The notes under the pieces: generated by a model
Databases searched by the model: none
What the model was told of the DNA's origin: nothing
What the model saw: the letters and a program-made list of their open reading frames with translations, nothing else
In this document: positions 24,401 to 38,100 of the stretch, one piece after another
Position numbering within the stretch: position 1 is the first letter of the stretch
Layout: every line of letters starts with the position of its first letter
Translations under genes and position numbers: made by a program
Source of the DNA: Vermamoeba vermiformis
Taxonomy: Eukaryota
Length of the DNA: 38,363 nucleotides
Reading direction: 5' to 3'
NCBI GenBank assembly: GCA_045837725.1
Contig: JBEWZL010000166.1
Span: 372,001-410,363, forward strand

Positions 24401-25680
24401 CACTTGCCTAATTAGTACATTCCCTGTTGATTTTGACTTGGGCTGGTACCTCACACACTAACCCTTATTTGAGCACATTTTCATATTGACACATTTAAAA
24501 ATAACCGATGGATTGTCTCGCATACGAAGATACGGAAAATAATTATATCCTTTTTGTGGTTTGCGGTACCGGAACACGCAAAAGATTTTGTGTGTCACCG
24601 TTGGCCTATTTTAAGACCAACTTTTCATGAATATTGTTTCGATTAAATGTTTAGCAATTATTATTGGCCATTAATTAATCCTGCCGATAACTTCGAAACA
24701 TAATACGGCAAAGAAATTCCTACGCTTGCTTTTGAAAAGAATTCATTTCCGCATGAAGTCTATCGCCTTAGCCGATACTTTACCTTGATTTGTATACTTA
24801 ATGAAGTTATTTAGGTAATAATGCAGTGGTCTTCAACAAGGCGACCAGGTGCATCTACTTCGCACATCCAGTTTTCGAAATGTACAATTCTAAGGCGCCC
24901 CTATGGTGCAAGAAGTTGGTTCATGAAGCCGTAAGTATTTTTATCGCTTCCTACTTTAATTCAACTTGTTGCCGGCAACAAATAGCGAAGGATTACATCC
25001 CTGAATTTCAAACTTTAGTGACACCGTGTCATTCTGCAACTTAATTTTATTCATTCGCGCGAAACTGAATTACACTTAAATTGGTTAATTTCGATGAATT
25101 TAATTGCACAAGCGAATATCGAGAAAATTCTTACCCTTGGATCCAGCTCGGTTTGCACTAAATTTTCTGCTTAGGTAAAGAAGCTCTTGCCCGATCCAGT
25201 GCTTAAAGTCGATGGCCCCAGCACCCTTATGACGACCATCAACTTGCAAGAAGAAAAAAATCGATTAGTGGTGCACGTACTTCACTACATCCCTGAGAGA
25301 CGCGGTGAACAATTTGATACGATAGAAGACGTAATCCCGCTGCACAACGTCGGAATATCTGTAAGAATGGATAATAGGTAAGTCGTTATACTATCGTTGT
25401 TGGAGTCCGCTACGCGCTCGGCAAATCCAGATTCAGCTTCCGATCTTCAAACGACATTTTTTGTTTATTTGGATAATCCTATCCGTAAAGTATAGAAATT
25501 GTGTTTTAACGTGTTTCGAATATCAAATTTAATGATTTCCTCGGTATTTGCAGAACTCCCAAACGCGTGATCTTGGTTCCATCTGGCGAAGAAATTCCGT
25601 TCCAGAGCAGTTCGGCCAGTTATACTAGCATCACCGTGCCTAAAGTCGTGGGACATCAGATGATCGAAATTGATTATTGA
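21425..25680 (+). CDS. GH151-like alpha-L-fucosidase / GHL6 plus beta-galactosidase-trimerisation-domain glycoside hydrolase; ~13 exons; two apparent +1 frameshifts
   Basis: RQVHLDFHTSEAIPG...VNSITCFARCHHGWIYY...VPIYVTVQWD..HPEW...DGLFFD...HLELESLPSG...TGRFHTYWGDFHS...GDQLHPHG...FCGHQHAP...VLHYIPERR...DTIEDVIP match my recollection of this bacterial family. No signal peptide. Confidence 0.85.
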
Positions 25681-26202
25681 TCGTTAATTCTGAGCGCAGC
25701 TCGAGGCGGAGATCAGATTTCGAACACCGTGTGTTCGAATTCACAAGCTGTCAATTAAAAAATAGTTAGGTGTATAGTTGATTGTTTCAATAAAGCGAAA
25801 CGGATCTGAAATTGAAGGGTATATGAATATACCGAGATTTATTAGCTCTCCAAGTCTCGTGCAGAACAAAATTGCTTCATGAACCTGATCCGAGTGGAGT
25901 TCTGAAGCTTAAAGAATAAGTTTACCAGGCTGAATTGGTGCCTATCCTTATGATCAAGTATTAAATATGATATCAGGATCGAATCTTTCGTTATCTAAGC
26001 CTCGCCGTCAAATGTTCCCCAAGTATGGAGTTTTCCCAAAATAACCACCGAAAGCGGAAATTAAAATGGGCATTTTTGGCCGTCACGACTATTTTTCTTC
26101 GTTCTGCTATAAGTGACACACGAAGAGCGAGTCAATTTTTTGTTTCAAAGTCATGCAGGCTCAATAATTCAAAAAAAATTGGTATAATTATTGGCAGTCG
26201 AT

Positions 26203-29200
26203 ATGAGCAATAAGAGAAATAAAAAGAGAAAGGTAGAAGAAGTACTAGAAGTGCCTAAACCAAAGGCCTGTGACAGATGCAAAGCAGTGCATAAAAAATG
26301 TAATGTGACAGGATGGCGGGTCCGGATTGCAATACTGACTTGATTTACATGCTAGGCGATGGAGAAACACCGTGCAAGCGATGCGTTGATATGGCGGAGA
26401 CGTGCATCTATTCTACAAAAGTCGAAGAAACTGTGTTCGGTAAATTATTGCTATTAATTAATTTATTTCGACACTTGATTAATCAATCCTTTTATTTTAA
26501 ATAACAGAGTCTCTGACGAAAAAAAATGAGCGATTAAAAAGCGAGGATGAGAAACAGATGGAGACTAGAAAAAAATTAGAAGCCGATCTCGAAATAAAGA
26601 GACGTAAATTAGCCGAGGTGCAATCAGTAAGCATATATTATAAAATTTTTCATTTGCCGTAGAAAGAAAAGCGCGATAAAGCGTTCACCCTTTAATATTC
26701 CAAATTTATTAATTGGTGCTAAAAATATAATTCGGCAAAAATAGTAACTCGAGTAACATTACTAATGCTCTAACGATAGACCATCGAGTTGGTGCAAAAT
26801 CGGGCTGCAAAATTCTATAAAGTTGGTAAACTTCAAGTCTATATCGATTGGTATTGCGCGACCGTTGGTAAAGGTTGCGGCATCCAGGTTCCGTATTCGG
26901 ATGTTGGATCGTTTCTATCGGATAAAAGTACGTAACGATATTATACACAATATGAAATTGCCGATCACCTGTTTGGAGAAACATTTCTCCTTTCCGAACT
27001 TGCACGTGCATCCGCTCGTTTTCTATCCGCGGGTAACACTGCATCCAAAATCAAAGACATATACGCATAATTAATTTTAATAATTTGATTCACAACGACT
27101 AACTCGTTTGAATAGTTCCGATAAGAAGTGCACTCATGTCATCAATAATCGGATGTGGTGCATTGATCATTGGAGATTTGGAACAAGCGCGTTTATGTCT
27201 TGGTGAAGCAGCGTAAGTATATTCTACGCGAATTTTAAGCCTTTTGGCAAATTTAGAGCAATTTTTAATCCTCGATCCACACCGCAGAAATTTCGCTTCA
27301 ACGTACCACCCTGGCAATCAAAGGTTTTATTCACAAGAAGCCAATTTGTTCTTCAACTTGGGATTTTACGGATTTACATCTGGCAATTGGTCTCAAAGCG
27401 CAGCCTCGTTACAAAAGCTGATGGATCTCGAGCAACAATTCTCTGAAAAATTAATGAGCGTTGAAACGTACTTGACAGCAGTGCAACAACAACAAAAACG
27501 ACCGACTCTGCCTACAGACAAAGAGACACTCGAGCTCTATCAATTTAACAATATAATAACGCTAGCGACGGAAGTTTTAGAACTGCAGCTCGCGCAATCT
27601 CCAATAGATCTGATTAAAAAGAAACAACGAAGGCACGTACCATTGAATACGGTCCAAGAAGTGCGCGCTAAAGTTAGAATGGTGAGTTACCGTCAATATT
27701 TCCTTATATGGCAAATTCGTTTCAACCCAGAACTTTAATCCACACCGTCCAAAAATAGCGGAAATTAAGTTTTTACGGGTCGTGTGATTAGTTTTAAATC
27801 TAATGCGGTTATTATAGGCTGGTTATAAAATCTACACCTTTCTACAAGCCGGAGCAATTCTGCCAACGGATGAGATAAATAAAATGTTCGCAGATCTGCT
27901 CAAAGAGGCAGGCGATGTGGATTCCATTCAAAAGTAAGTACTATAATACCGCGTAATAACATAATATGCAACTAGCTCAATGTTATTCCTATCTCTAAGC
28001 CGGATCTAATACCCGATCTTTAGGGATCTGCTGACGCACCTAACGATGGCTGTTAGTGTATTCGCATATCATACGAGCCACCAAACATCCAAAGCCATAG
28101 AAATGGTTCGAAACATGATTCCGCTCACTGAAAAACTTATCATGCAGATGCCGTGCTACGTTTATCCGTACGCGAACATTTTCTCCGTGCTGCCGTTCTT
28201 ACACGGCTATCAACAAAATGATTTGTTAGAGAAGGTAAGTAATATCGTAAAGATAAGCAATTTATGGAATGCGAAAGAGGACTATTTTTGGCACCTGTCA
28301 TTAAAGGTCTAAGAATAGCTTTTAATTTTAAATTGCAATTAAATTCGTTATTGCCTTATTAATAATTATGGCATTTTGCAGATCAATGCTATTTTCCGCT
28401 CTGCTCAAAGTGCACTCGGCAACTTGTGCATTCAACAACATTACGCCCTCGTCAATAACAAGCCTTTGCAACCATTTTTCTCACGCACTGTGGGAGGCTG
28501 GGGCCAGCTCAAACTGCCTGTCATTCAGTTCGGATCTGTTGCTCCGCAAGGCATGCCTTCACAAGTCCTACAAAAGAGCCCGATGATCACAAACGAAGAA
28601 CTGCAACAGACCATTGGACCGACCCCGCAACCGCAGCAAGCGACGACGTACCAACAAACAAGCGCTACTAAGCGTCAGAGATTGAACCCGTCAAAGATTG
28701 AAGAAATCACAAGCACGCCGCAGCAACAAAAAAATCAAGGTCAACACGTGACTTACGGCAACGCTGCCAGGCCCGTGCAGCAACAGAGGCCTCAGTACGT
28801 TGTTGCCAGGCCACAAGAGTACTACCCTCAACACCAAGGTTACGTTCAGCCTCAACAAGCTCAACACTATGCGCAGACGTATAATCGACAACAGTACGCT
28901 CCACAACAGTACGCGTAAGATATTTTTTTTGACACTTTGACACGTGTCACCTGACATGATATTGACGAGCGATTAGGGCTGTTGTTAACGAGACTGAAGA
29001 CTCGTCTTATTCACATTCACAAGAGTACCAAGAGCCTCAACAACAACAACACTACGACCCGGCATATGTTGTTGCATCCACCAACCAGTTCGCGTCACAT
29101 CCACCTCAACCAGCATGGGCGATTACAGCAGTAGCGCAAACAGCTAATAGCAATGTATATAATAACCTCCACGCAGCGCAAGATGAACTTCAACAATTGA

Positions 29201-29256
29201 GCCATCCTTATTATAATGTAAATACGAAACACAGCGGCAAACACGAAGAGATGTAA
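26203..29256 (+). CDS. Zn(II)2Cys6 (GAL4-type) transcription factor with coiled coil and Gln-rich C-terminus
   Basis: Spliced KACDRCKAVHKKCDGETPCKRCVDMAETCIYS, preceded by the basic NLS-like KRNKKRK. About 10 in-frame exons and a Q/P/Y-rich tail. Confidence 0.88.
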
Positions 29257-29290
29257 AATACAAGAGAAATCATTAAAATTTGGTCTTTAA

Positions 29291-31541
29291 TCATTTGAGC
29301 GATGCTTTTGAGACAATTTTTTGCCAGAAGACGCCATTTTCTGGTTTCTTTTGGACTTGTACAAACATATTACGCAGCTTTTGCACGGCGATTGTCTCCG
29401 TCTTTTGTCGTGATTCTTTCATTTCTTCAATTTCCGCGGTTAATTTGCTGTTGGAGGCCTCAATTAAATCCAGCGTTGACTGAAGATTGGCGGTTACTTC
29501 GTCAAGCTCATTCATTTCTCGTTGTTTCGATTCGTGCATGTCAGCAGACATTGCGTGCACTTGTTGGGTCAGATCGACTATTTTCAGTGAAATATCGTTG
29601 TTGTGGGTGCACATGAGTGATAGATCCGTCTTCAAATTTGTGATTTCTTGTTCTTTTTCTTCTAATTTTTTTTCTAAATTTTTGATATCTTGCTGTAACA
29701 TTGCGTGTACTTTATTTGCGTTAGTTTGTTCATTTTCTTCAATTTCTTGGAGCTTAGCTTGTCAATTTGAAAATCTCGTCTGAGAGCTCGTCGTTCGTTT
29801 CGCCTAACAAATACTTCGTTTTTTCCATTTGCGATATTTTTCCGTTCAGAATAGTTATCTTTTCTTTCTTTTTTGCAAGTTTACTCTTCAAAGCAGTTGT
29901 AGCTTGTTCCATCGTACTTAAGTCTTGCATCAGTTTTGTAATTTGCTCTTCTTTTTCCTTGAAATTCTTGTTCCTTTCAATGATCTGGTTCAATTTTTCT
30001 TTTTCAACGTTCGCGTTTTTCAACTGCTCTAACGTCATTTCGTACTTTTTGTTGGCTCGATTTGCTTCATTTTTCGTGTTATAAAGCTCATTTTCCAGTT
30101 TCTCGTTTTCAGCGACTAGGTTCATAATTTGTTCTTGTAATGTATTTGTTTCTTCGCGCAATTTTTCAATTTCTTCTTTCAGATCCGCAACTAGTTCATC
30201 TGATTTTGGAACGTCGTCATTCATCAACTTCACTTCAATTTGGCAACTCATCAAGTAGTTTTCGAATTCTATTACATCAACGCAAGCTTTTTTTCTCTAG
30301 GGGTTTTCTCTTGGTGCGGCGGGTGGGGCTTTTAGGTGCTCTTCAGTTAACGAATCCAATTCTTCTTTCAATTTGTTTTGAGCCTTCTTTTCATTATTAA
30401 TTTCATTTTTAAGTGCTTCAATCTCTTTTTGAGCTTGTTCTTTGATCTGCTTTGAGACCGCTTCAATTTCGAGCTTGTAATTGTCTTTAAATACTTGTAA
30501 CTCTTCTTTCTCCTTATTCAACGCTATTATCATCTCTTCTTGTCTGTTAATTCGCGTTTTCATTTCTTCCAGCTCCTATTTTAAACAAAAAAACAGATCA
30601 GCTCGTTTCATAACTGGATCTGCCGTAATTTAACTCTACTGATATGATATCGGATATCGACGCATATTGCGAAATTAGTTTGTATTTAAAGCAAAGGCGA
30701 TATATTTATATATATATTTCCGGGTGCAGTTGACTTGAAATGTTCTGCAGTTGGATGCATCTGCGATCGAGTTTGCGATTTTTTAACTTACCGTTGCTTT
30801 GAAATTCCACTTGATTTCTGCAATAAAATATTATTAACGATGCAAAATTAACGTAGATAAGCCATAATACTGACCTCTAGTTTCTCTATCATGAGATTTT
30901 TTTCTTCGAGCTCTTGTTGCAACTTCTGGACACGATGTTGCTCGAGTTCGACTTGGTTCTTGAAATGAACATATGAAGAGATATCCTTAGTATCAATAGA
31001 TCCCTTTTCGACTGACATAATATGTAAATTAGCAAGGGAATTAAATTGGAGATCTGATCTTGCAATTTTACGTTTGATTTAATGCTCCAAAAATTGATAA
31101 ATATCGTATAAATATTATATAATATGTACTTACGTCGTTCTTTGTACAATGCGACTTCTTGATCGGCTTTTCGTTTTTCGATCGTGAGCTGGAACAGTTC
31201 TTCTTCCTTTTCTCGAAGTTGTTTTTGATATTTTTCGTTATCTCTGCCAACGCTAGCTCCAAATAAGTCCATAATAACTGATCTCGACGATGGCATTGTC
31301 ATGGATCTTTCGTATTCTTTCGGATTGCAACGTTATTATTGGGTCCAGAATTTGTTAACGATTTTTGATTATTATTTTGAGGTGCATTGGTGCTTATTTT
31401 GGGCTTTAGGGCAAAATCAGCGCCTGAAAGGGCAGATTTAATAAGATCTTTCGTCTCTGAACTTGCTCTCGTGGGTGAAGGGCCGCCAAGTTCAGAAGCA
31501 CTTCGTCCTCGGCCTTTTGGCTGTTCTTTTGTTGTGGTCAT
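29291..31541 (-). pseudogene. Degenerate, internally deleted copy of the coiled-coil gene at 35136-38356
   Basis: Near-identical exon and intron blocks in inverted orientation. Frame breaks at ~31304, ~30797, ~30300 and ~29760; the exon equivalent to 36098-36190 and the C-terminal TM segment are missing. Some breaks may reflect assembly quality. Confidence 0.65.
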
Positions 31542-31991
31542 TTATAAATGAATGGTAAAAAATAATTGAAAGAATTAATAGACTAAAATTTATTTGGTGT
31601 CAATCACACTGACAATTCGTTTGGAAACAAGACCCGCGCATGTGTTAGTAGACCACAAGAGTGCCACGATACCCTTCAGGTCGTCTTCAATAGTCAGTTT
31701 GCATTCCCATGTATGAAGTGCTTCTTGACTTCAACACGATCCTTGTTCCTAAAACGGATTCGCAACAATGAATCTCTAGGAAAGAAATCGTTGATTTCCG
31801 ATTCCTTGGTCAGAGCATTCATATTAATACTAATTGCAACACCTGCTCTTCGAATCCCGAAATTAACTCAGCTGTTCATTGCACCACTTGTACTGGATTT
31901 TACATTAAGGCAGATCTCGAACGTTCTAACATTTTTGTTAAATGACTATATTATTATTGTTATTTACAAGCCAAATTTCCGATTTTTACAG

Positions 31992-34668
31992 TTATTTTAC
32001 ATAGCGAAAGTGTTTCATTCCAAATCTGGCAACGTTGGATGCGATAACGACACCAGTCGTAATTGTAAGTAGTCTTAGCCAGAATACGCTAGTAGAGCTC
32101 ATATTCGATAGCTTTACAATTTCCTTGTTCATATTCTGCAATTCTTCGACTGTTTTTGGAGGATCTGCTGAAACCGCTAATTTTTCTTCGGCTGAAATTC
32201 GAATTAATAAAATTTTAAAAATATAGGCAATATTGTACGTACTTTTTAATACTATTTTCGAATCTTGTTTGTTGCCTCTGATCCGTTGAATCGTTTCTTT
32301 TAATTCTTTAATTTTGTTATTCAATTCTTCTTCTTTTGTCAGCCATTGCGTCTCTTTCACCGACAATTCTAATTTTAATTCATTTTCAGCTTGTTCGCGA
32401 GATTCAACGAGATTTTTCATCTCATTTTCAATGCGTTGTCGTTCTTCAGTGTATTTATCAGCAATTAACGAAATTTTCGATTCAAAATCTTCGCGTAAGG
32501 CTTCTTTTTCCGTTCTTAATTGACTCGCTATCGCTCTCTGATTGGCCAATTCATTTTGTAGCTCGTCAATCTCTTTATCTTGCTCTTCATTAACTTGCAT
32601 CAGATCGTCGCAGTTTTGGTTCAATTCTTCAATTCGTTTCTGAAGCCGTACATTCATCTCATTTAACCTCGCAATCTCTTCTTGTAATTGTTTGTCTCTT
32701 TTCCTAGCAATTTCTTCGATATTTGTTTGAGCTTTTCTGGCGCTCAATTCGATCTGCGCAGCGCGTCTTTCAATCAAAATTTTATCGCGTTCATGATGCT
32801 CGACTTCATTGGCTAATATAACGTTACGTTGTACTAGTACGTCATGTTGATGATGTAGTCTTGAAATTTCGTTATCTTTTTCTACGAGTAAATTTTGGAT
32901 CGCTGAAACTTCGTTCCGGATCTGCTCTTTTTCTTTGATCAATTCAACATGGCTTTGTTCTAATACGACTACATTCTTATTGAGCTCTATAATCTTCTTA
33001 TCCTTATCTTCAATAACTTTCTGTAACTCGCTGATCTCGAGATCTTCTTGCTCGGTCATTGCCATTAACTTATCTAAATGTTCTTTAGTCTCATTTAATT
33101 CTTTTTGCAATGCATTACCACGTTGTTGCAAAGTAGTAATATTATTATTAAGCTCCTCTATTGTCTTTTGCAGATCCTCGTTTGCCGCCAACGCTCGATC
33201 TCGTTCTTCTTGAATTTTGAAAATGAAATTAATATCAGGCTCGTCAAAACTCTGCGATAATCCGCTAGACTTAGATGAGTCCAATCTAGCCGTTAATAAT
33301 TCTTCGTAACGCTGGCTAAGCAATTTGAATTCTTTTTCGACCTTCATTTTTTCTTCGCTGATCTTCTGCAGATCTTCTTGGAATTTGGCGCTTAATTCTT
33401 TCGTCTTATTCTGCTTAAGCTCTTCGTATCGCTGGAATAGCAACTTATGCTCGAATTTGATTTTCTCGAGTTCTTTCGATTGCGAGATCCAAGTTGTCTT
33501 TTCGTGATTCAGCTTCTCGATCTTCTCGAGTAAACTCGTGATATATAGCTCGCTTTCTCGCAATTTATCGTTTTCTTCTTTGAGCGCTTCGAGTTCCATC
33601 ATGGATTCAGGATCTTTCAAGTTTTCTTCGAGAACTTTTCGGTGCTCTTCAGTTAACGAATCCAGTTGTCGCTTGAACTCGTTCTTTGCCTTCTTTTCAT
33701 CGTTAATTTCATTTTTAAGCGCTTCAATCTCCTTTTGGGACTGCTCCTTGATCTGGCGTTCTAGATCGAGCCGAATTTTTTCTTGATTAGCCTTCAATTC
33801 TTCTTTCTCCTTATTCAAATTTCTTAGTAAGCTCTTCTTGACGCTCATTTCGTCGTTTAATTTCGTCAATTTCTTTCTGGGCCTGTTCTCGGACTTGGTT
33901 TTTCTCGCGCATAATTGCCGTTATAATATCTTCTTGCCGTTTCGTGTATTCGCGCAAATCATTGAGTTCCTACATGCATAGTTAGAAGATAGTATATTAA
34001 GAGAAGGCTGTATAAGCAAGCCTGAAGCAGATCCGATTTTCAGAATTTAACTTACGAAAGTCATTTGGCTTGATTGCTCTTTTAACCTTTGCATTTCTTT
34101 ACTATTCAACAAGAACTGATCGTTGCTCTCTAAATATATAAATTAATACCGATTTAAATGCGTTCTTATCAATTGCTTTTTCCGCATTCATGAACGTACC
34201 TCTGGATTTGAACAATTTTAATTCCTCTTCTAGCCGTTGCTTTTCAAACATCAATTTCTTGCACTCGTCTTCTTTAGTAGCCAATTTGTTCTCCAAATCT
34301 TGCTGAATGGATTGTAAACCAGCGCCAAATAATTGCATAATTTGAGATCGAGGCGAGGACGGCACTTGCAAGTCTTCTTTTAATTCATCGGCTTCGTGTA
34401 TTGTCGTGGTATTAATATTTGAAAATTTGCTGGGCGTTGTAGGAGCTTCTTGGGTTTTTTTAGTCGAGCCTGGCCTAGATGGAGTCAAATTAACAGATGC
34501 GGGCCTTTTAGAGCTTGAAACAGGCGTTGTCTTTTCTCCTAGCGCTGCTTTGATTTTTTCTTTCGTAGTTGTGGGCGTAGACCGCCTAATTGGAGGCGAT
34601 CCAGCGTCAGATTTGCTCCGCTCACGCGTTGAGGGACGCGCAACGGGCTTTTTAGCACTATCAGACAT
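31992..34668 (-). CDS. Long coiled-coil protein with Ser/Pro/Thr-rich N-terminus and a C-terminal hydrophobic (tail-anchor-like) segment; +1 frameshift at ~33821
   Basis: E/K/Q/L heptad-rich ORF sharing LKDPESMMELEALKEEN...ELEKIKFEHKLL with 35136-38356; ends VFWLRLLTITTGVVIASNVARFG. Confidence 0.8.
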
Positions 34669-35135
34669 AATCCTTTGTTGTGCTATGTACCGAGAATAAT
34701 AAGGAAATGATTTTTTATCATTTTCGGTCCTTGCACGAATTATCTCGCGTATGAAAGTGAATCGTACGAATTTTCAACAAAAATTGACACATCGTTCATT
34801 AAAATAGCCAAAAGGAATGATAACAGAGGAGCCCCCGTGTAATCTAATTTATATAATGCGAAAATTATGCGGGAAGCTGAAAATTGCAACCACACAAACA
34901 AATCTGAAACGACTTGCAAGACAATTAATCCTGCACTATGTTCCAGACGTAAACCATAGTCGTGCAATAATAAGCCGACAATATTATTCAATTTTGTTGC
35001 GTTTAATGCGTGCTATCCGTTGTAAACATTTTCCCGCGAAAATACAAAAAGTTTGTGCGAGATTTTATGAGATTTGGTGCGCCAATTTGTATTTGTTCAG
35101 CACCATAATAGCGCTTTCATAATTATATTCTTGCA

Positions 35136-38100
35136 ATGAGCGCTACTAAAGGCACGCCAAAAGGCCGAGGACGAAGTGTTTCTGAACTCGGCGGCCCTTC
35201 TCCCACGAGATCATCAGGTTCAGCGACGAAAGATCGTATTAAATCTGCTATAGGAGGCGAAGATAATAAATTAAAGCCTATTGGTCAACAATCACCTGCT
35301 GCATCTCCGACTTCAGCACGAAAATCGGGACAAACTCCGTTACGCACGTCAGCGTCTAATATTCCCAAAATAAGCACCAATGCACTTCAAAATAATAACC
35401 AAAAATCGTTAAAAAATTCTGGAAGCATTCCCAACGAAAATGCTGGAGGTTTAGAGCCAATCCAAGAGAATCCAAACTCCATGACAATGCCGTCGCCGAG
35501 ATCAGTCATTATGGACTTATTTGGAGCTAGCATTGGCAGTGTTAACGAAAAATATCAAAAACAACTTCGAGAAAAAGAAGAAGAACTGTTCCAGCTCACG
35601 ATCGAAAAACGAAAAGCCGATCAAGAGGTCGCATTGTACAAAGAACGACGTAAGTGCATATTATATAATATTTACACTCTATTTATCAATTTTTGGAGCA
35701 TTAAATCAAATTTAAAATTGCAAGATCTTCGAACGTGGATGTTTCAAATTACCAATTTCCTTTGCTAATTTACATATTATTTCAGTCGAAAAGGGTTCAA
35801 TTGATACTAAGGAGATCTCTTCATATGTTCATTTCAAGAACCAAGTCGAACTCGAGCAACATCGTGTCCAGAAGTTGCAACAAGAGCTCGAAGAAAAAAA
35901 TCTCGTGATAGAGAAGCTTGAGGTTAGTAATATACGCTTTAAATATTATAATACTGTATGTTGATTCATATTAATGCAGAAATCTACCGGAATTGCGAAG
36001 GCGACAGTAAGTCAAAAAAAGATCTCGATCGCAGATGCCGATCTGCTTGTCTGTTTTGATAAATTAATACATAATGCTAATAAAAATATTAATATAGATC
36101 GAGGAAGTTGTTAAAGAAGAGGTAGAAAAGAAACAGAATGAGTCTCCGAGTATCACTCTTGCCCCCGTCAAAGACGAAGCCCTTGAAAAGGTAAATACAC
36201 GTTAAAACGACTATACATAATATATATATAACACTTTATATGCGAGAATTATTGTACTATCTTGATTTCTTGCATTTTGGATCATTTTTAGTTTTGGATC
36301 GGCAAAGTTTTGTCGTTACACGCAGACACCTCATCGATTTCCCAAACAATTAACAATAATTAATATATGACACATTGTATATATACTATTTACGGTAATT
36401 TTATTTCTAAAGAGTTCGAATTAGGGTAGATCTGATTTTTGATCCGAGATCTAATCAAATTTTTTTAATTTTAGGAGCTGGAAGAAATGCGAACCCGAAA
36501 TCAGAGACAAGAAGAGATGATAATAGCGTTGAATAAGGAGAAAGAAGAGTTACAAGTATTTAAAGACAATTACAAGCTCGAAGTTGAAGCGGTCTCAAAG
36601 CAGATCAAGGAACAAGCTCAAAAAGAGATTGAAGCACTTAAAAATGAAATTAATAACGAAAAGAAGGCTCAAAACAAATTGAAAGAGGAATTGGAACAGT
36701 TAAACGAAGAGCACAGAAGAATTCTTGACGAAAACTTGAAAGATCCTGAATCCATGATGGAACTCGAAGCGCTCAAAGAAGAAAATGAAAAGCTGCGTGA
36801 GAGCGAGGCATATATTGCGACTTTATTGGATACAATTGAAAAGCACAAACACGACAAGTCAACTTGGATCGCACAATCGAAAGAACTCGAGAAAATTAAA
36901 TTCGAGCATAAGCTTTTAGTCCAACGATACGAAGACCTTAAAAAGGAAAAAGACAACGTACCAAATTTGCAGCAACACGAACAAGCTTTGCAGAAAGTCA
37001 ACGATGAAAAATCAGCGCTTGAAAAACGCGTTCAATTCTTGGAAAAAGAAAGCGAGAAAAAAAATCTTGAAAACGAAGAGCTCACGAAACAAGCTGCAAA
37101 TGCAAATAACCGCGTTATAGCCCTGGAGAATCAAGTTCGCGAAATTTCCAAGAATAATGAAGACAAATCATCGATCGAAAAAGAATTCGCTTCGTACAAA
37201 CAAGAAGTGAACCAAAAAATTGCTGATTTGACCGCTCAACTCGAAGAAGCACAACGAAATGAAGCTGATGCACATGCAAAGATTGAAGACCTCGAAGTTG
37301 AACTTGAAACTGAACGGACTTTCCAACAACAAAATAATGACGAGCAAGTTGCGGATCTGAAAGAAGAAATTGAAAAATTGCGCGACGAGGCAAATACATT
37401 ACAAGAACAGATTATGAACCTAGTCGCTGAAAACGAGCAAATGGATAAGGAGGTTAATAACGCTAAAAATGAAGCAAATCGAGCCAAAAAACAGTACGAA
37501 ACGATGTTAGACCACGTGAAAAGCACGAATAACAGCGTGAATATTGAAAAAGAAAAATTGAACGGGACAATAGAGACTTTGCAAAAGAAAGTCGAAGAAA
37601 AAGAAAAATTAGTCGCGAAATTGACCGAAGATTTATCAACATTAGAACAATCGAAGAAAAAATCTGATAACGAACTTTCACTGAAAATAACAAACTTGAC
37701 TGAGAAATTATCCGAAGCGGAACAAAAGGAACAAAACACCATGACGAAATTGCAAAAAGAATTAGAGAAGATTGAAAGTCTAGAAAAGCAAATTGAAGCT
37801 AAAGAAAAAGAAGCTAGTGGTAAGTTTGATATTTTTCACCGTGAAAAAATTCAACGGGTCACAGATATTTTTGGTGATATTTTTGGCGATATTTTTCACA
37901 CCTCAGATCCCGCTCCAATAAGTCGATCTTTTCCAATCCCTAATCGATGCCTAATAATATTATTACTATTAATATCACTATCCGTATTTAATTTTCAAAT
38001 GGGATACCGAGATCTGATACTACAATTTTTTCACGATCGTGATCGGATCTGCTAAGCCCCGATCAATTACTAATCTGACTATACGATATTGATATACTTA

